Assembly (NCBI GenBank): GCA_964658305.1
Contig: OZ210885.1
Span: 14,756,001-14,820,000 of the forward strand
From: Leptogorgia sarmentosa
Taxonomy: Eukaryota
Reading direction: 5' to 3'
DNA: 64,000 bases
The notes beneath the pieces were generated by a model, which was not told the origin of the DNA, ran no database searches, and worked only from the letters and a program-made list of their open reading frames with translations. Shown in pieces: positions 26,251 through 41,299 of the stretch. Position 1 is the first letter of the stretch, and each line of letters opens with the position of its first letter. Both the position numbers and the translations under genes were made by a program.

Positions 26251-29200
26251 TCACCCATCCAAGTACTAACTTTGCCCACCTAGGCTTAACTTCAGTGATC
26301 AGACGAGAACCGGTACTTTCCTACTGGTATCGTCGTAGACATTTGTTGATGGAAGTAACACTGTTTAAACATGTAACAATAACAAAACCCTGAAGTTGAA
26401 ATTGAAAGCAAACCTATTTACAAACACACATACAATAAAATGAAGCAAGTCTACAACACAAAGTATTCCCAGGTGGTCACCCATCCAACTACTAACTTTG
26501 CCCACCTAGGCTTAACTTCGGTGATCAAATGAGAACCGGTATTTTCCTACTGGTATGGTCGTAGACATTTGTTGATGCAAGTTACACTTTTTAAATTTGT
26601 AACAATAACAAAACCCTGAAGTTGAAATTGAAAGCAAACCTATTTACAAACACACATACAATAAAATGAAGCAAGTCTACAACACAAAGTATTCCCAGGT
26701 GGTCACCCATCCAACTACTAACTTTGCCCACCTAGGCTTAACTTCGGTGATCAGACGAGAACCGCTATTTTCCTACTGGTATGGTCGTAGACATTTGTTG
26801 ATGGAAGTTACACTTTTTAAACGTGTAACAATAACAAAACCCTGAAGTTGAAATTGAAAGCAAACCTATTTACAAACACACATACAATAAAATGAAGCAA
26901 GTCTACAACACAAAGTATTCCCAGGTGGTCACCCATCCAACTACTAACTTTGCCCACCTAGGCTTAACTTCGGTGATCAGACGAGAACCGGTATTTTCCT
27001 ACTTGTACGGTCGTAGACATGTGTTGATGGAAGCTACACTTTTTAAACGTGTAACAATAACAAAACCCTGAAGTTGAAATTGAAAGGAATTATATTTACA
27101 AATAGGCATTAAATAACATTTAGCAAAACAACAATACAAAGTATTTCCAGATGTAGCAATAACAAAATCCCTGAAGTTTACATTGAAAGCAAACCTATTT
27201 ACAAACACACATACAATAAAATGAAGCAAGTCTACAACACAAAGTATTCCCAGGTGGTCACCCATCCAAGTACTAACGTTGCCCACCTAGGCTTAACTTC
27301 GGTGATCAGACGAGAACCGGTATTTTCCTACTGGTATGGTCGTAGATATTTGTTGATGGAAGTAACACTTTTTAAACGTGTAACAATAACAAAACCCTGA
27401 AGTTGAAATTGAAAGCAAACCTATTTAAAAACACACATACAATAAAATGAAGCAAATCTACAACACAAAGTATTCCCAGGTGGTCACCCATCCAAGTACT
27501 AACTTTTCCCACCTAGGCTTAACTTCGGTGATCAGACGAGAACCGGTATTTTCCTAGTGGTATGGTCGTAGACGTTTGTTGATGGAAGTTACACTTTTTA
27601 AACGTGTAACAATAACAAAACCCTGAAGTTGAAATTGAAAGCAAACCTATTTACAAACACACATACAATAAAATGAAGCAAGTCTACAACACAAAGTATT
27701 CCCAGGTAGTCACCCATCCAAGTACTAACTTTGCCCACCTAGGCTTAACTTCGGTGATCAGACGAGAACCGGTATTTTCCTACTGGTATGGTCGTAGACA
27801 TTTGTTGATGGAAGTTAGACTTTTTAAACGTGTAACAATAACAAAACCCTGAAGTTGAAATTGAAAGCAAACCTATTTACAAACACACATACAATAAAAT
27901 GAAGCAAGTCTACAACACAAAGTATTCCCAGGTGGTCACCCATCCAACTACTAACTTTGCCCACCTAGGCTTAACTTCGGTGATCAGACGAGAACCGGTA
28001 TTTTCCTACTGGTATGGTCGTAGACATTTGTTGATGGAAGTTAGACTTTTTAAACGTGTAACAATAACAAAACCCTGAAGTTGAAATTGAAAGCAAACCT
28101 ATTTACAAACACACATACAATAAAATGAAGCAAGTCTACAACACAAAGTATTCCCAGGTGGTCACCCATCCAAGTACTAACTTTTCCCACCTAGGCCTAA
28201 CTTCGGTGATCAGACGAGAACCGGTATTTTCCTACTGGTATGGTCGTAGACATTTGTTGATGGAAGTTACACTTTTTAAACGTGTAACAATAACAAAACC
28301 CTGAAGTTGAAATTGAAAGCAAACCTATTTACAAACACACATACAATAAAATGAAGCAAGTCTACAACACAAAGTATTCCCAGGTAGTCACCCATCCAAG
28401 TACTAACTTTGCCCTCCTAGGCTTAACTTCGGTGATCAGACGAGAACCGGTATATTCCTACACGTACGGTCGTAGACATTTGTTGATGGAAGTTACACTT
28501 TTTAAACGTGTAACAATAACAAAACCCTGAAGTTGAAATTGAAAGGAATTATATTTACAAATAGGCATTAAATAACATTTAGTAAAACAACAATACAAAG
28601 TATATCCAGATGTAGCAATAACAAAATCCCTGAAGTTTACATTGAAAGCAAACCTATTTACAAACACACATACAATAAAATGAAGCAAGTCTACAACACA
28701 AAGTATTCCCAGGTGGTCACCCATCCAAGTACTAACTTTGCCCACCTAGGCCCAACTTCGGTGATCAGACGAGAACCGGTATTTTCCTACTGGTATGGTC
28801 GTAGACATTTGTTGATGCAAGTTACACTTTTTAAATTTGTAACAATAACAAAACCCTGAAGTTGAAATTGAAAGCAAACCTATTTACAAACACACATACA
28901 ATAAAATGAAGCAAGTCTACAACACAAAGTATTCCCAGGTGGTCACCCATCCAAGTACTAACTTTGCCCACCTAGGCCCAACTTCGGTGATCAGACAAGA
29001 ACCGGTATTTTCCTACTGGTATGGTCGTAGACATTTGTTGATGCAAGTTACACTTTTTAAATTTGTAACAATAACAAAACCCTGAAGTTGAAATTGAAAG
29101 CAAACCTATTTACAAACACACATACAATAAAATGAAGCAAGTCTACAACACAAAGTATTCCCAGGTGGGCACCCATCCAACTACTAACTTTGCCCACCTA

Positions 29201-32200
29201 GGCTTAACTTCGGTGATCAGACGAGAACCGCTATTTTCCTACTGGTATGGTCGTAGACATTTGTTGATGGAAGTTACACTTTTTAAACGTGTAACAATAA
29301 CAAAACCCTGAAGTTGAAATTGAAAGCAAACCTATTTACAAACACACATACAATAAAATGAAGCAAGTCTACAACACAAAGTATTCCCAGGTGGTCACCC
29401 ATCCAACTACTAACTTTGCCCACCTAGGCTTAACTTCGGTGATCAGACGAGAACCGGTATTTTCCTACTTGTACGGTCGTAGACATGTGTTGATGGAAGC
29501 TACACTTTTTAAACGTGTAACAATAACAAAACCCTGAAGTTGAAATTGAAAGGAATTATATTTACAAATAGGCATTAAATAACATTTAGCAAAACAACAA
29601 TACAAAGTATTTCCAGATGTAGCAATAACAAAATCCCTGAAGTTTACATTGAAAGCAAACCTATTTACAAACACACATACAATAAAATGAAGCAAGTCTA
29701 CAACACAAAGTATTCCCAGGTGGTCACCCATCCAAGTACTAACGTTGCCCACCTAGGCTTAACTTCGGTGATCAGACGAGAACCGGTATTTTCCTACTGG
29801 TATGGTCGTAGATATTTGTTGATGGAAGTAACACTTTTTAAACGTGTAACAATAACAAAACCCTGAAGTTGAAATTGAAAGCAAACCTATTTAAAAACAC
29901 ACATACAATAAAATGAAGCAAGTCTACAACACAAAGTATTCCCAGGTGGTCACCCATCCAAGTACTAACGTTGCCCACCTAGGCTTAACTTCGGTGATCA
30001 GACGAGAACCGGTATTTTCCTACTGGTATGGTCGTAGATATTTGTTGATGGAAGTAACACTTTTTAAACGTGTAACAATAACAAAACCCTGAAGTTGAAA
30101 TTGAAAGCAAACCTATTTACAAACACACATACAATAAAATGAAGCAAGTCTACAACACAAAGTATTCCCAGGTGGTCACCCATCCAACTACTAACTTTGC
30201 CCACCTAGGCTTAACTTCGGTGATCAGACGAGAACCGGTATTTTCCCACTCGTACGGTCGCAGACATTTGTTGATGGAAGTTACACTTTTTAAACGTGTA
30301 ACAATAACAAAACCCTGAAGTTGAAATTGAAAGGAATTATATTTACAAATAGGCATTAAATAACATTTAGTAAAACAACAATACAAAGTATATCCAGATG
30401 TAGCAATAACAAAATCCCTGAAGTTTACATTGAAAGCAAACCTATTTACAAACACACATACAATAAAATGAAGCAAGTCTACAACACAAAGTATTCCCAG
30501 GTGGTCACCCATCCAAGTACTAACGTTGCCCACCTAGGCTTAACTTCGGTGATCAGACGAGAACCGGTATTTTCCTACTGGTATGGTTGTAGACATTTGT
30601 TGATGAAAGTTACACTTTTTAAACGTGTAACAATAACAAAACCCTGAAGTTGAAATTGAAAGCAAACCTATTTACAAACACACATACAATAAAATGAAGC
30701 AAGTCTACAACACAAAGTATTCCCAGGTAGTCACCCATCCAAGTACTAACTTTGCCCACCTAGGCTTAACTTCAGTGATCAGACGAGAACCGGTATTTTC
30801 CTACTCGTACGGTCGTAGACATTTGTTGATGGAAGTTACACTTTTTAAACGTGTAACAATAACAAAACCCTGAAGTTGAAATTGAAAGGAATTATATTTA
30901 CAAATAGGCATTAAATAACATTTAGTAAAACAACAATACAAAGTATTTCCAGATGTAGCAATAACAAAATCCCTGAAGTTTACATTGAAAGCAAACCTAT
31001 TTACAAACACACATACAATAAAATGAAGCAAGTCTACAACACAAAGTATTCCCAGGTGGTCACCCATCCAAGTACTAACGTTGCCCACCTAGGCTTAACT
31101 TCGGTGATCAGACGAGAACCGGTATTTTCCTACTCGTACGGTCGTAGACATTTGTTGATGGAAGTTACACTTTTTAAACGTGTAACAATAACAAAACCCT
31201 GAAGTTGAAATTGAAAGCAAACCTATTTACAAACACACATACAATAAAATGAAGCAAGTCTACAACACAAAGTATTCCCAGGTGGTCACCCATCCAACTA
31301 CTAACTGTGCCCACCTAGGGTTAACTTCGGTGATCAGACGAGAACCGGTATTTTCCTACTTGTACGGTCATAGACATTTGTTGATGGAAGTTACACTTTT
31401 TAAACATGTAACAATAACAAAACCCTGAAGTTGAAATTGAAAGGAATGATATTTACAAATAGGCATTAAATAACATTTAGCAAAACAACAATACAAAGTA
31501 TTTCCAGATGTAGCAATAACAAAATCCCTGAAGTTTACATTGAAAGCAAACCTATTTAAAAACACACATACAATAAAATGAAGCAAATCTACAACACAAA
31601 GTATTCCCAGGTGGTCACCCATCCAAGTACTAACTTTGCCCACCTAGGCTTAACTTCGGTGATCAGACGAGAACCGGTATTTTCCTACTGGTATGGTCGT
31701 AGACATTTGTTGATGGAAGTTAGACTTTTTAAACGTGTAACAATAACAAAACCCTGAAGTTGAAATTGAAAGCAAACCTATTTACAAACACACATACAAT
31801 AAAATGAAGCAAGTCTACAACACAAAGTATTCCCAGGTGGTCACCCATCCAACTACTAACTTTGCCAACCTAGGCTTAACTTCGGTGATCAGACGAGAAC
31901 CGGTATTTTCCTACTGGTATGGTCGTAGACATTTGTTGATGGAAGTTAGACTTTTTAAACGTGTAACAATAACAAAACCCTGAAGTTGAAATTGAAAGCA
32001 AACCTATTTACAAACACACATACAATAAAATGAAGCAAGTCTACAACACAAAGTATTCCCAGGTGGTCACCCATCCAACTACTAACTTTGCCCACCTAGG
32101 CTTAACTTCGGTGATCAGACGAGAACCGGTATTTTCCCACTCGTACGGTCGCAGACATTTGTTGATGGAAGTTACACTTTTTAAACGTGTAACAATAACA

Positions 32201-35200
32201 AAACCCTGAAGTTGAAATTGAAAGGAATTATATTTACAAATAGGCATTAAATAACATTTAGTAAAACAACAATACAAAGTATATCCAGATGTAGCAATAA
32301 CAAAATCCCTGAAGTTTACATTGAAAGCAAACCTATTTACAAACACACATACAATAAAATGAAGCAAGTCTACAACACAAAGTATTCCCAGGTGGTCACC
32401 CATCCAAGTACTAACGTTGCCCACCTAGGCTTAACTTCGGTGACCAGACGAGAACCGGTATTTTCCTACTGGTATGGTTGTAGACATTTGTTGATGAAAG
32501 TTACACTTTTTAAACGTGTAACAATAACAAAACCCTGAAGTTGAAATTGAAAGCAAACCTATTTACAAACACACATACAATAAAATGAAGCAAGTCTACA
32601 ACACAAAGTATTCCCAGGTAGTCACCCATCCAAGTACTAACTTTGCCCACCTAGGCTTAACTTCAGTGATCAGACGAGAACCGGTATTTTCCTAGTGGTA
32701 TGGTCGTAGACATTTGTTGATGGAAGTTACACTTTTTAAACGTGTAACAATAACAAAACCCTGAAGTTGAAATTGAAAGGAATTATATTTACAAATAGGC
32801 ATTAAATAACATTTAGTAAAACAACAATACAAAGTATTTCCAGATGTAGCAATAACAAAATCCCTGAAGTTTACATTGAAAGCAAACCTATTTACAAACA
32901 CACATACAATAAAATGAAGCAAGTCTACAACACAAAGTATTCCCAGGTGGTCACCCATCCAAGTACTAACGTTGCCCACCTAGGCTTAACTTTGGTGATC
33001 AGACGAGAACCGGTATTTTCCTACTCGTACGGTCGTAGACATTTGTTGATGGAAGTTACACTTTTTAACCGTGTAACAATAACAAAACCCTGAAGTTGAA
33101 ATTGAAAGCAAACCTATTCACAAACACACATACAATAAAATGAAGCAAGTCTACAACACAAAGTATTCCCAGGTAGTCACCCATCCAAGTACTAACTTTG
33201 CCCACCTAGGCTTAACTTCGGTGATCAGACGAGAACCGGTATTTTCCTACTGGTATGGTCGTAGACATTTGTTGATGGAAGTTACACTTTTTAAACATGT
33301 AACAATAACAAAACCCTGAAGTTGAAATTGAAAGCAAACCTATTTACAAACACACATACAATAAAGTGAAGCAAGTCTACAACACAAAGTATTCTCAGGT
33401 GGTCACCCATCCAACTACTAACTTTGCCCACCTAGGCTTAACTTCGGTGATCAGACGAGAACCGGTATTTTCCTACTCGTATGATCGTAAACATTTGTTG
33501 ATGGAAGTTACACTTTTTAAACGTGTAACAATAACAAAACCCTGAAGTTGAAATTGAAAGCAAACCTATTTACAAACACACATACAATAAAATGAAGCAA
33601 GTCTACAACACAAAGTATTCCCAGGTGGTCACCCATCCAACTACTAACTGTGCCCACCTAGGGTTAACTTCGGTGATCAGACGAGAACCGGTATTTTCCT
33701 ACTTGTACGGTCATAGACATTTGTTGATGGAAGTTACACTTTTTAAACATGTAACAATAACAAAACCCTGAAGTTGAAATTGAAAGGAATGATATTTACA
33801 AATAGGCATTAAATAACATTTAGCAAAACAACAATACAAAGTATTTCCAGATGTAGCAATAACAAAATCCCTGAAGTTTACATTGAAAGCAAACCTATTT
33901 ACAAACACACATACAATAAAATGAAGCAAGTCTACAACACAAAGTATTCCCAGGCGGTCACCCATCCAAGTACTAACTTTGCCCACCTAGGCTTAACTTC
34001 AGTGATCAGACGAGAACCAGTACTTTCCTACTGGTATCGTCGTAGACATTTGTTGATGGAAGTAACACTGTTTAAACATGTAACAATAACAAAACCCTGA
34101 AGTTGAAATTGAAAGCAAACCTATTTACAAACACACATACAATAAAATGAAGCAAGTCTACAACACAAAGTATTCCCAGGTGGTCACCCATCCAACTACT
34201 AACTTTGCCCACCTAGGCTTAACTTCGGTGATCAGACGAGAACCGGTATTTTCCTACTCGTATGGTCGTAAACATTTGTTGATGGAAGTTACACTTTTTA
34301 AACGTGTAACAATAACAAAACCCCGAAGTTGAAATTGAAAGCAAACCTATTTACAAACACACATACAATAAAATGAAGCAAGTCTACAACACAAAGTATT
34401 CCCAGGTGGTCACCCATCCAACTACTAACTTTGCCCACCTAGGCTTAACTTCGGTGATCAGACGAGAACCGGTATTTTCCTACTCGTACGGTCGTAGACA
34501 TTTGTTGATGGAAGTTACACTTTTTAAACGTGTAACAATAACAAAACCCTGAAGTTGAAATTGAAAGGAATTATATTTACAAATAGGCATTAAATAACAT
34601 TTAGTAAAACAACAATACAAAGTATATCCAGATGTAGCAATAACAAAATCCCTGAAGTTTACATTGAAAGCAAACCTATTTACAAACACACATACAATAA
34701 AATGAAGCAAGTCTACAACACAAAGTATTCCCAGGTGGTCACCCATCCAAGTACTAACGTTGCCCACCTAGGCTTAACTTCGGTGATCAGACGAGAACCG
34801 GTATTTTCCTACTGGTATGGTCGTAGATATTTGTTGATGGAAGTAACACTTTTTAAACGTGTAACAATAACAAAACCCTGAAGTTTAAATTGAAAGCAAA
34901 CCTATTTAAAAACACACATACAATAAAATGAAGCAAATCTACAACACAAAGTATTCCCAGGTGGTCACCCATCCAAGTACTAACTTTTCCCACCTAGGCT
35001 TAACTTCGGTGATCAGACGAGAACCGGTATTTTCCTAGTGGTATGGTCGTAGACGTTTGTTGATGGAAGTTACACTTTTTAAACGTGTAACAATAACAAA
35101 ACCCTGAAGTTGAAATTGAAAGCAAACGTATTTACAAACACACATACAATAAAATGAAGCAAGTCTACAACACAAAGTATTCCCAGGTAGTCACCCATCC

Positions 35201-38200
35201 AAGTACTAACTTTGCCCACCTAGGCTTAACTTCGGTGATCAGACGAGAACCGGTATTTTCCTACTGGTATGGTCGTAGACATTTGTTGATGGAAGTTAGA
35301 CTTTTTAAACGTGTAACAATAACAAAACCCTGAAGTTGAAATTGAAAGCAAACCTATTTACAAACACACATACAATAAAATGAAGCAAGTCTACAACACA
35401 AAGTATTCCCAGGTGGTCACCCATCCAACTACTAACTTTGCCCACCTAGGCTTAACTTCGGTGATCAGACGAGAACCGGTATTTTCCTACTGGTATGGTC
35501 GTAGACATTTGTTGATGGAAGTTAGACTTTTTAAACGTGTAACAATAACAAAACCCTGAAGTTGAAATTGAAAGCAAACCTATTTACAAACACACATACA
35601 ATAAAATGAAGCAAGTCTAAAACACAAAGTATTCCCAGGTGGTCACCCATCCAACTACTAACTTTGCCCACCTAGGCTTAACTTCGGTGATCAGACGAGA
35701 ACCGGTATTTTCCCACTCGTACGGTCGCAGACATTTGTTGATGGAAGTTACACTTTTTAAACGTGTAACAATAAGAAAACCCTGAAGTTGAAATTGAAAG
35801 GAATTATATTTACAAATAGGCATTAAATAACATTTAGTAAAACAACAATACAAAGTATATCCAGATGTAGCAATAACAAAATCCCTGAAGTTTACATTGA
35901 AAGCAAACCTATTTACAAACACACATACAATAAAATGAAGCAAGTCTACAACACAAAGTATTCCCAGGTGGTCACCCATCCAAGTACTAACGTTGCCCAC
36001 CTAGGCTTAACTTCGGTGATCAGACGAGAACCGGTATTTTCCTACTGGTATGGTTGTAGACAATTGTTGATGAAAGTTACACTTTTTAAACGTGTAACAA
36101 TAACAAAACCCTGAAGTTGAAATTGAAAGCAAACCTATTTACAAACACACATACAATAAAATGAAGCAAGTCTACAACACAAAGTATTCCCAGGTAGTCA
36201 CCCATCCAAGTACTAACTTTGCCCACCTAGGCTTAACTTCAGTGATCAGACGAGAACCGGTATTTTCCTAGTGGTATGGTCGTAGACATTTGTTGATGGA
36301 AGTTACACTTTTTAAACGTGTAACAATAACAAAACCCTGAAGTTGAAATTGAAAGCAAACCTATTTACAAACACACATACAATAAAATGAAGCAAGTCTA
36401 CAACACAAAGTATTCCCAGGTGGTCACCCATCCAAATACTAACGTTGCCCACCTAGGCTTAACTTCGGTGATCAGACGAGAACCGGTATTTTCCTACTCG
36501 TACGGTCGTAGACATTTGTTGATGGAAGTTACACTTTTTAAACGTGTAACAATAACAAAACCCTGAAGTTGAAATTGAAAGGAATTATATTTACAAATAG
36601 GCATTAAATAACATTTAGTAAAACAACAATACAAAGTATTTCCAGATGTAGCAATAACAAAATCCCTGAAGTTTACATTGAAAGCAAACCTATTTACAAA
36701 CACACATACAATAAAATGAAGCAAGTCTACAACACAAAGTATTCCCAGGTGGTCACCCATCCAAGTACTAACGTTGCCCACCTAGGCTTAACTTTGGTGA
36801 TCAGACGAGAACCGGTATTTTCCTACTCGTACGGTCGTAGACATTTGTTGATGGAAGTTACACTTTTTAAACGTGTAACAATAACAAAACCCTGAAGTTG
36901 AAATTGAAAGCAAACCTATTTACAAACACACATACAATAAAATGAAGCAAGTCTACAACACAAAGTATTCCCAGGTAGTCACCCATCCAAGTACTAACTT
37001 TGCCCACCTAGGCTTAACTTCGGTGATCAGACGAGAACCGGTACTTTCCTACTGGTATGGTCGTAGACATTTGTTGATGGAAGTTACACTTTTTAAACGT
37101 GTAACAATAACAAAACCCTGAAGTTGAAATTGAAAGCAAACCTATTTACAAACACACATACAATAAAATGAAGCAAGTCTACAACACAAAGTATTCCCAG
37201 GTAGTCACCCATCCAAGTACTAACTTTGCCCACCTAGGCTTAACTTCGGTGATCAGACGAGAACCGGTATTTTCCTACTCGTACGGTCGTAGACATTTGT
37301 TGATGGAAGTTACACTTTTTAAACGTGTAACAATAACAAAACCCTGAAGTTGAAATTGAAAGGAATGATATTTACAAATAGGCATTAAATAACATTTAGC
37401 AAAACAACAATACAAAGTATTTCCAGATGTAGCAATAACAAAATCCCTGAAGTTTACATTGAAAGCAAACCTATTTACAAACACACATACAATAAAATGA
37501 AGCAAGTCTACAACACAAAGTATTCCCAGGCAGTCACCCATCCAACTACTAACTGTGCCCACCTAGGGTTAACTTCGGTGATCAGACGAGAACCGGTACT
37601 TTCCTACTGGTATCGTCGTAGACATTTGTTGATGGAAGTAACACTTTTTAAACATGTAACAATAACAAAACTCTGAATTTGAAATTGAAAGCAAACCTAT
37701 TTACAAACACACATACAATAAAATGAAGCAAGTCTACAACACAAAGTATTCCCAGGTGGTCACCCATCCAACTACTAACTGTGCCCACCTAGGGTTAACT
37801 TCGGTGATCAGACGAGAACCGGTATTTTCCTACTTGTACGGTCATAGACATTTGTTGATGGAAGTTACACTTTTTAAACATGTAACAATAACAAAACCCT
37901 GAAGTTGAAATTGAAAGGAATGATATTTACAAATAGGCATTAAATAACATTTAGCAAAACAACAATACAAAGTATTTCCAGATGTAGCAATAACAAAATC
38001 CCTGAAGTTTACATTGAAAGCAAACCTATTTACAAACACACATACAATAAAATGAAGCAAGTCTACAACACAAAGTATTCCTAGGTGGTCACCCATCCAA
38101 GTACTAACTTTGCCCACCTAGGCTTAACTTCGGTGATCAGACGAGAACCGGTATTTTCCTAGTGGTATGGTCGTAGCCATTTGTTGATGGAAGTTACACT

Positions 38201-38284
38201 TTTTAAACATGTAACAATAACAAAACCCTGAAGTTGAAATTGAAAGCAAACCTATTTACAAACACACATACAATAAAATGAAGC

Positions 38285-38419
38285 AAGTCTACAACACAAA
38301 GTATTCCCAGGTGGTCACCCATCCAAGTACTAACTTTGCCCACCTAGGCTTAACTTCGGTGATCAGACCTTCGGTGATCAGACGAGAACTGGTATTTTCC
38401 TACTGGTATGGTCGTAGAC
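38285..38419 (-). pseudogene. 5S copy with a 15-bp internal tandem duplication (135 nt)
   Basis: cttcggtgatcagac occurs twice at 38354-38383, duplicating gene nt 37-51. Confidence 0.8.
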
Positions 38420-41299
38420 ATTTGTTGATGCAAGTTACACTTTTCAAATTTGTAACAATAACAAAACCCTGAAGTTGAAATTGAAAGCAAACCTATTTAC
38501 AAACACACATACAATAAAATGAAGCAAGTCTACAACACAAAGTATTCCCAGGTAGTCACCCATCCAAGTACTAACTTTGCCCACCTAGGCTTAACTTCGG
38601 TGATCAGACGAGAACCGTTATTTTCCTACTGGTATGGTCGTAGACATTTGTTCATGGAAGTTACACTTTTTAAACGTGTAACAATAACAAAACCCTGAAG
38701 TTGAAATTGAAAGCAAACCTATTTACAAACACACATACAATAAAATGAAGCAAGTCTACAACACAAAGTATTCCCAGGTGGTCACCCATCCAAGTACTAA
38801 CGTTGCCCACCTAGGCTTAACTTCGGTGATCAGACGAGAACCGGTATTTTCCTACTCGTACGGTCGTAGACATTTGTTGATGGAAGTTACACTTTTTAAA
38901 CGTGTAACAATAACAAAACCCTGAAGTTGAAATTGAAAGGAATTATATTTACAAATAGGCATTAAATAACATTTAGTAAAACAACAATACAAAGTATTTC
39001 CAGATGTAGCAATAACAAAATCCCTGAAGTTTACATTGAAAGCAAACCTATTTACAAACACACATACAATAAAATGAAGCAAGTCTACAACACAAAGTAT
39101 TCCCAGGTGGTCACCCATCCAAGTACTAACGTTGCCCACCTAGGCTTAACTTTGGTGATCAGACGAGAACCGGTATTTTCCTACTCGTACGGTCGTAGAC
39201 ATTTGTTGATGGAAGTTATACTTTTTAAACGTGTAACAATAACAAAACCCTGAAGTTGAAATTGAAAGCAAACCTATTTACAAACACACATACAATAAAA
39301 TGAAGCAAGTCTACAACACAAAGTATTCCCAGGTAGTCACCCATCCAAGTACTAACTTTGCCCACCTAGGCTTAACTTCGGTGATCAGACGAGAACCGGT
39401 ATTTTCCTACTGGTATGGTCGTAGACATTTGTTGATGGAAGTTACACTTTTTAAACGTGTAACAATAACAAAACCCTGAAGTTGAAATTGAAAGCAAACC
39501 TATTTACAAACACACATACAATAAAATGAAGCAAGTCTACAACACAAAGTATTCTCAGGTGGTCACCCATCCAACTACTAACTTTGCCCACCTAGGCTTA
39601 ACTTCGGTGATCAGACGAGAACCGGTATTTTCCTACTCGTATGGTCGTAAACATTTGTTGATGGAAGTTACACTTTTTAAACGTGTAACAATAACAAAAC
39701 CCCGAAGTTGAAATTGAAAGCAAACCTATTTACAAACACACATACAATAAAATGAAGCAAGTCTACAACACAAAGTATTCCCAGGTGGTCACCCATCCAA
39801 CTACTAACTTTGCCCACCTAGGCTTAACTTCGGTGATCAGACGAGAACCGGTATTTTCCTACTCGTACGGTCGTAGACATTTGTGGATGGAAGTTACACT
39901 TTTTAAACGTGTAACAATAACAAAACCCTGAAGTTGAAATTGAAAGGAATGATATTTACAAATAGGCATTAAATAACATTTAGCAAAACAACAATACAAA
40001 GTATTTCCAGATGTAGCAATAACAAAATCCCTGAAGTTTACATTGAAAGCAAACCTATTTACAAACACACATACAATAAAATGAAGCAAGTCTACAACAC
40101 AAAGTATTCCCAGGCGGTCACCCATCCAACTACTAACTGTGCCCACCTAGGGTTAACTTCGGTGATCAGACGAGAACCGGTACTTTCCTACTGGTATCGT
40201 CGTAGACATTTGTTGATGGAAGTAACACTTTTTAAACATGTAACAATAACAAAACCCTGAAGTTGAAATTGAAAGCAAACCTATTTACAAACACACATAC
40301 AATAAAATGAAGCAAGTCTACAACACAAAGTATTCCCAGGTGGTCACCCATCCAACTACTAACTTTGCCCACCTAGGCTTAACTTCGGTGATCAGACGAG
40401 AACCGGTATTTTCCTACTCGTATGGTCGTAAACATTTGTTGATGGAAGTTACACTTTTTAAACGTGTAACAATAACAAAACCCCGAAGTTGAAATTGAAA
40501 GCAAACCTATTTACAAACACACATACAATAAAATGAAGCAAGTCTACAACACAAAGTATTCCCAGGTGGTCACCCATCCAACTACTAACTTTGCCCACCT
40601 AGGCTTAACTTCGGTGATCAGACGAGAACCGGTATTTTCCTACTCGTACGGTCGTAGACATTTGTTGATGGAAGTTATACTTTTTAAACGTGTAACAATA
40701 ACAAAACCCTGAAGTTGAAATTGAAAGCAAACCTATTTACAAACACACATACAATAAAATGAAGCAAGTCTACAACACAAAGTATTCCCAGGTAGTCACC
40801 CATCCAAGTACTAACTTTGCCCACCTAGGCTTAACTTCGGTGATCAGACGAGAACCGGTATTTTCCTACTGGTATGGTCGTAGACATTTGTTGATGGAAG
40901 TTACACTTTTTAAACGTGTAACAATAACAAAACCCTGAAGTTGAAATTGAAAGCAAACCTATTTACAAACACACATACAATAAAATGAAGCAAGTCTACA
41001 ACACAAAGTATTCCCAGGTGGTCACCCATCCAAGTACTAACGTTGCCCACCTAGGCTTAACTTCGGTGATCAGACGAGAACCGGTATTTTCCTACTCGTA
41101 CGGTCGTAGACATTTGTTCATGGAAGTTACACTTTTTAAACGTGTAACAATAACAAAACCCTGAAGTTGAAATTGAAAGCAAACCTATTTACAAACACAC
41201 ATACAATAAAATGAAGCAAGTCTACAACACAAAGTATTCCCAGGTGGTCACCCATCCAAGTACTAACGTTGCCCACCTAGGCTTAACTTCGGTGATCAG

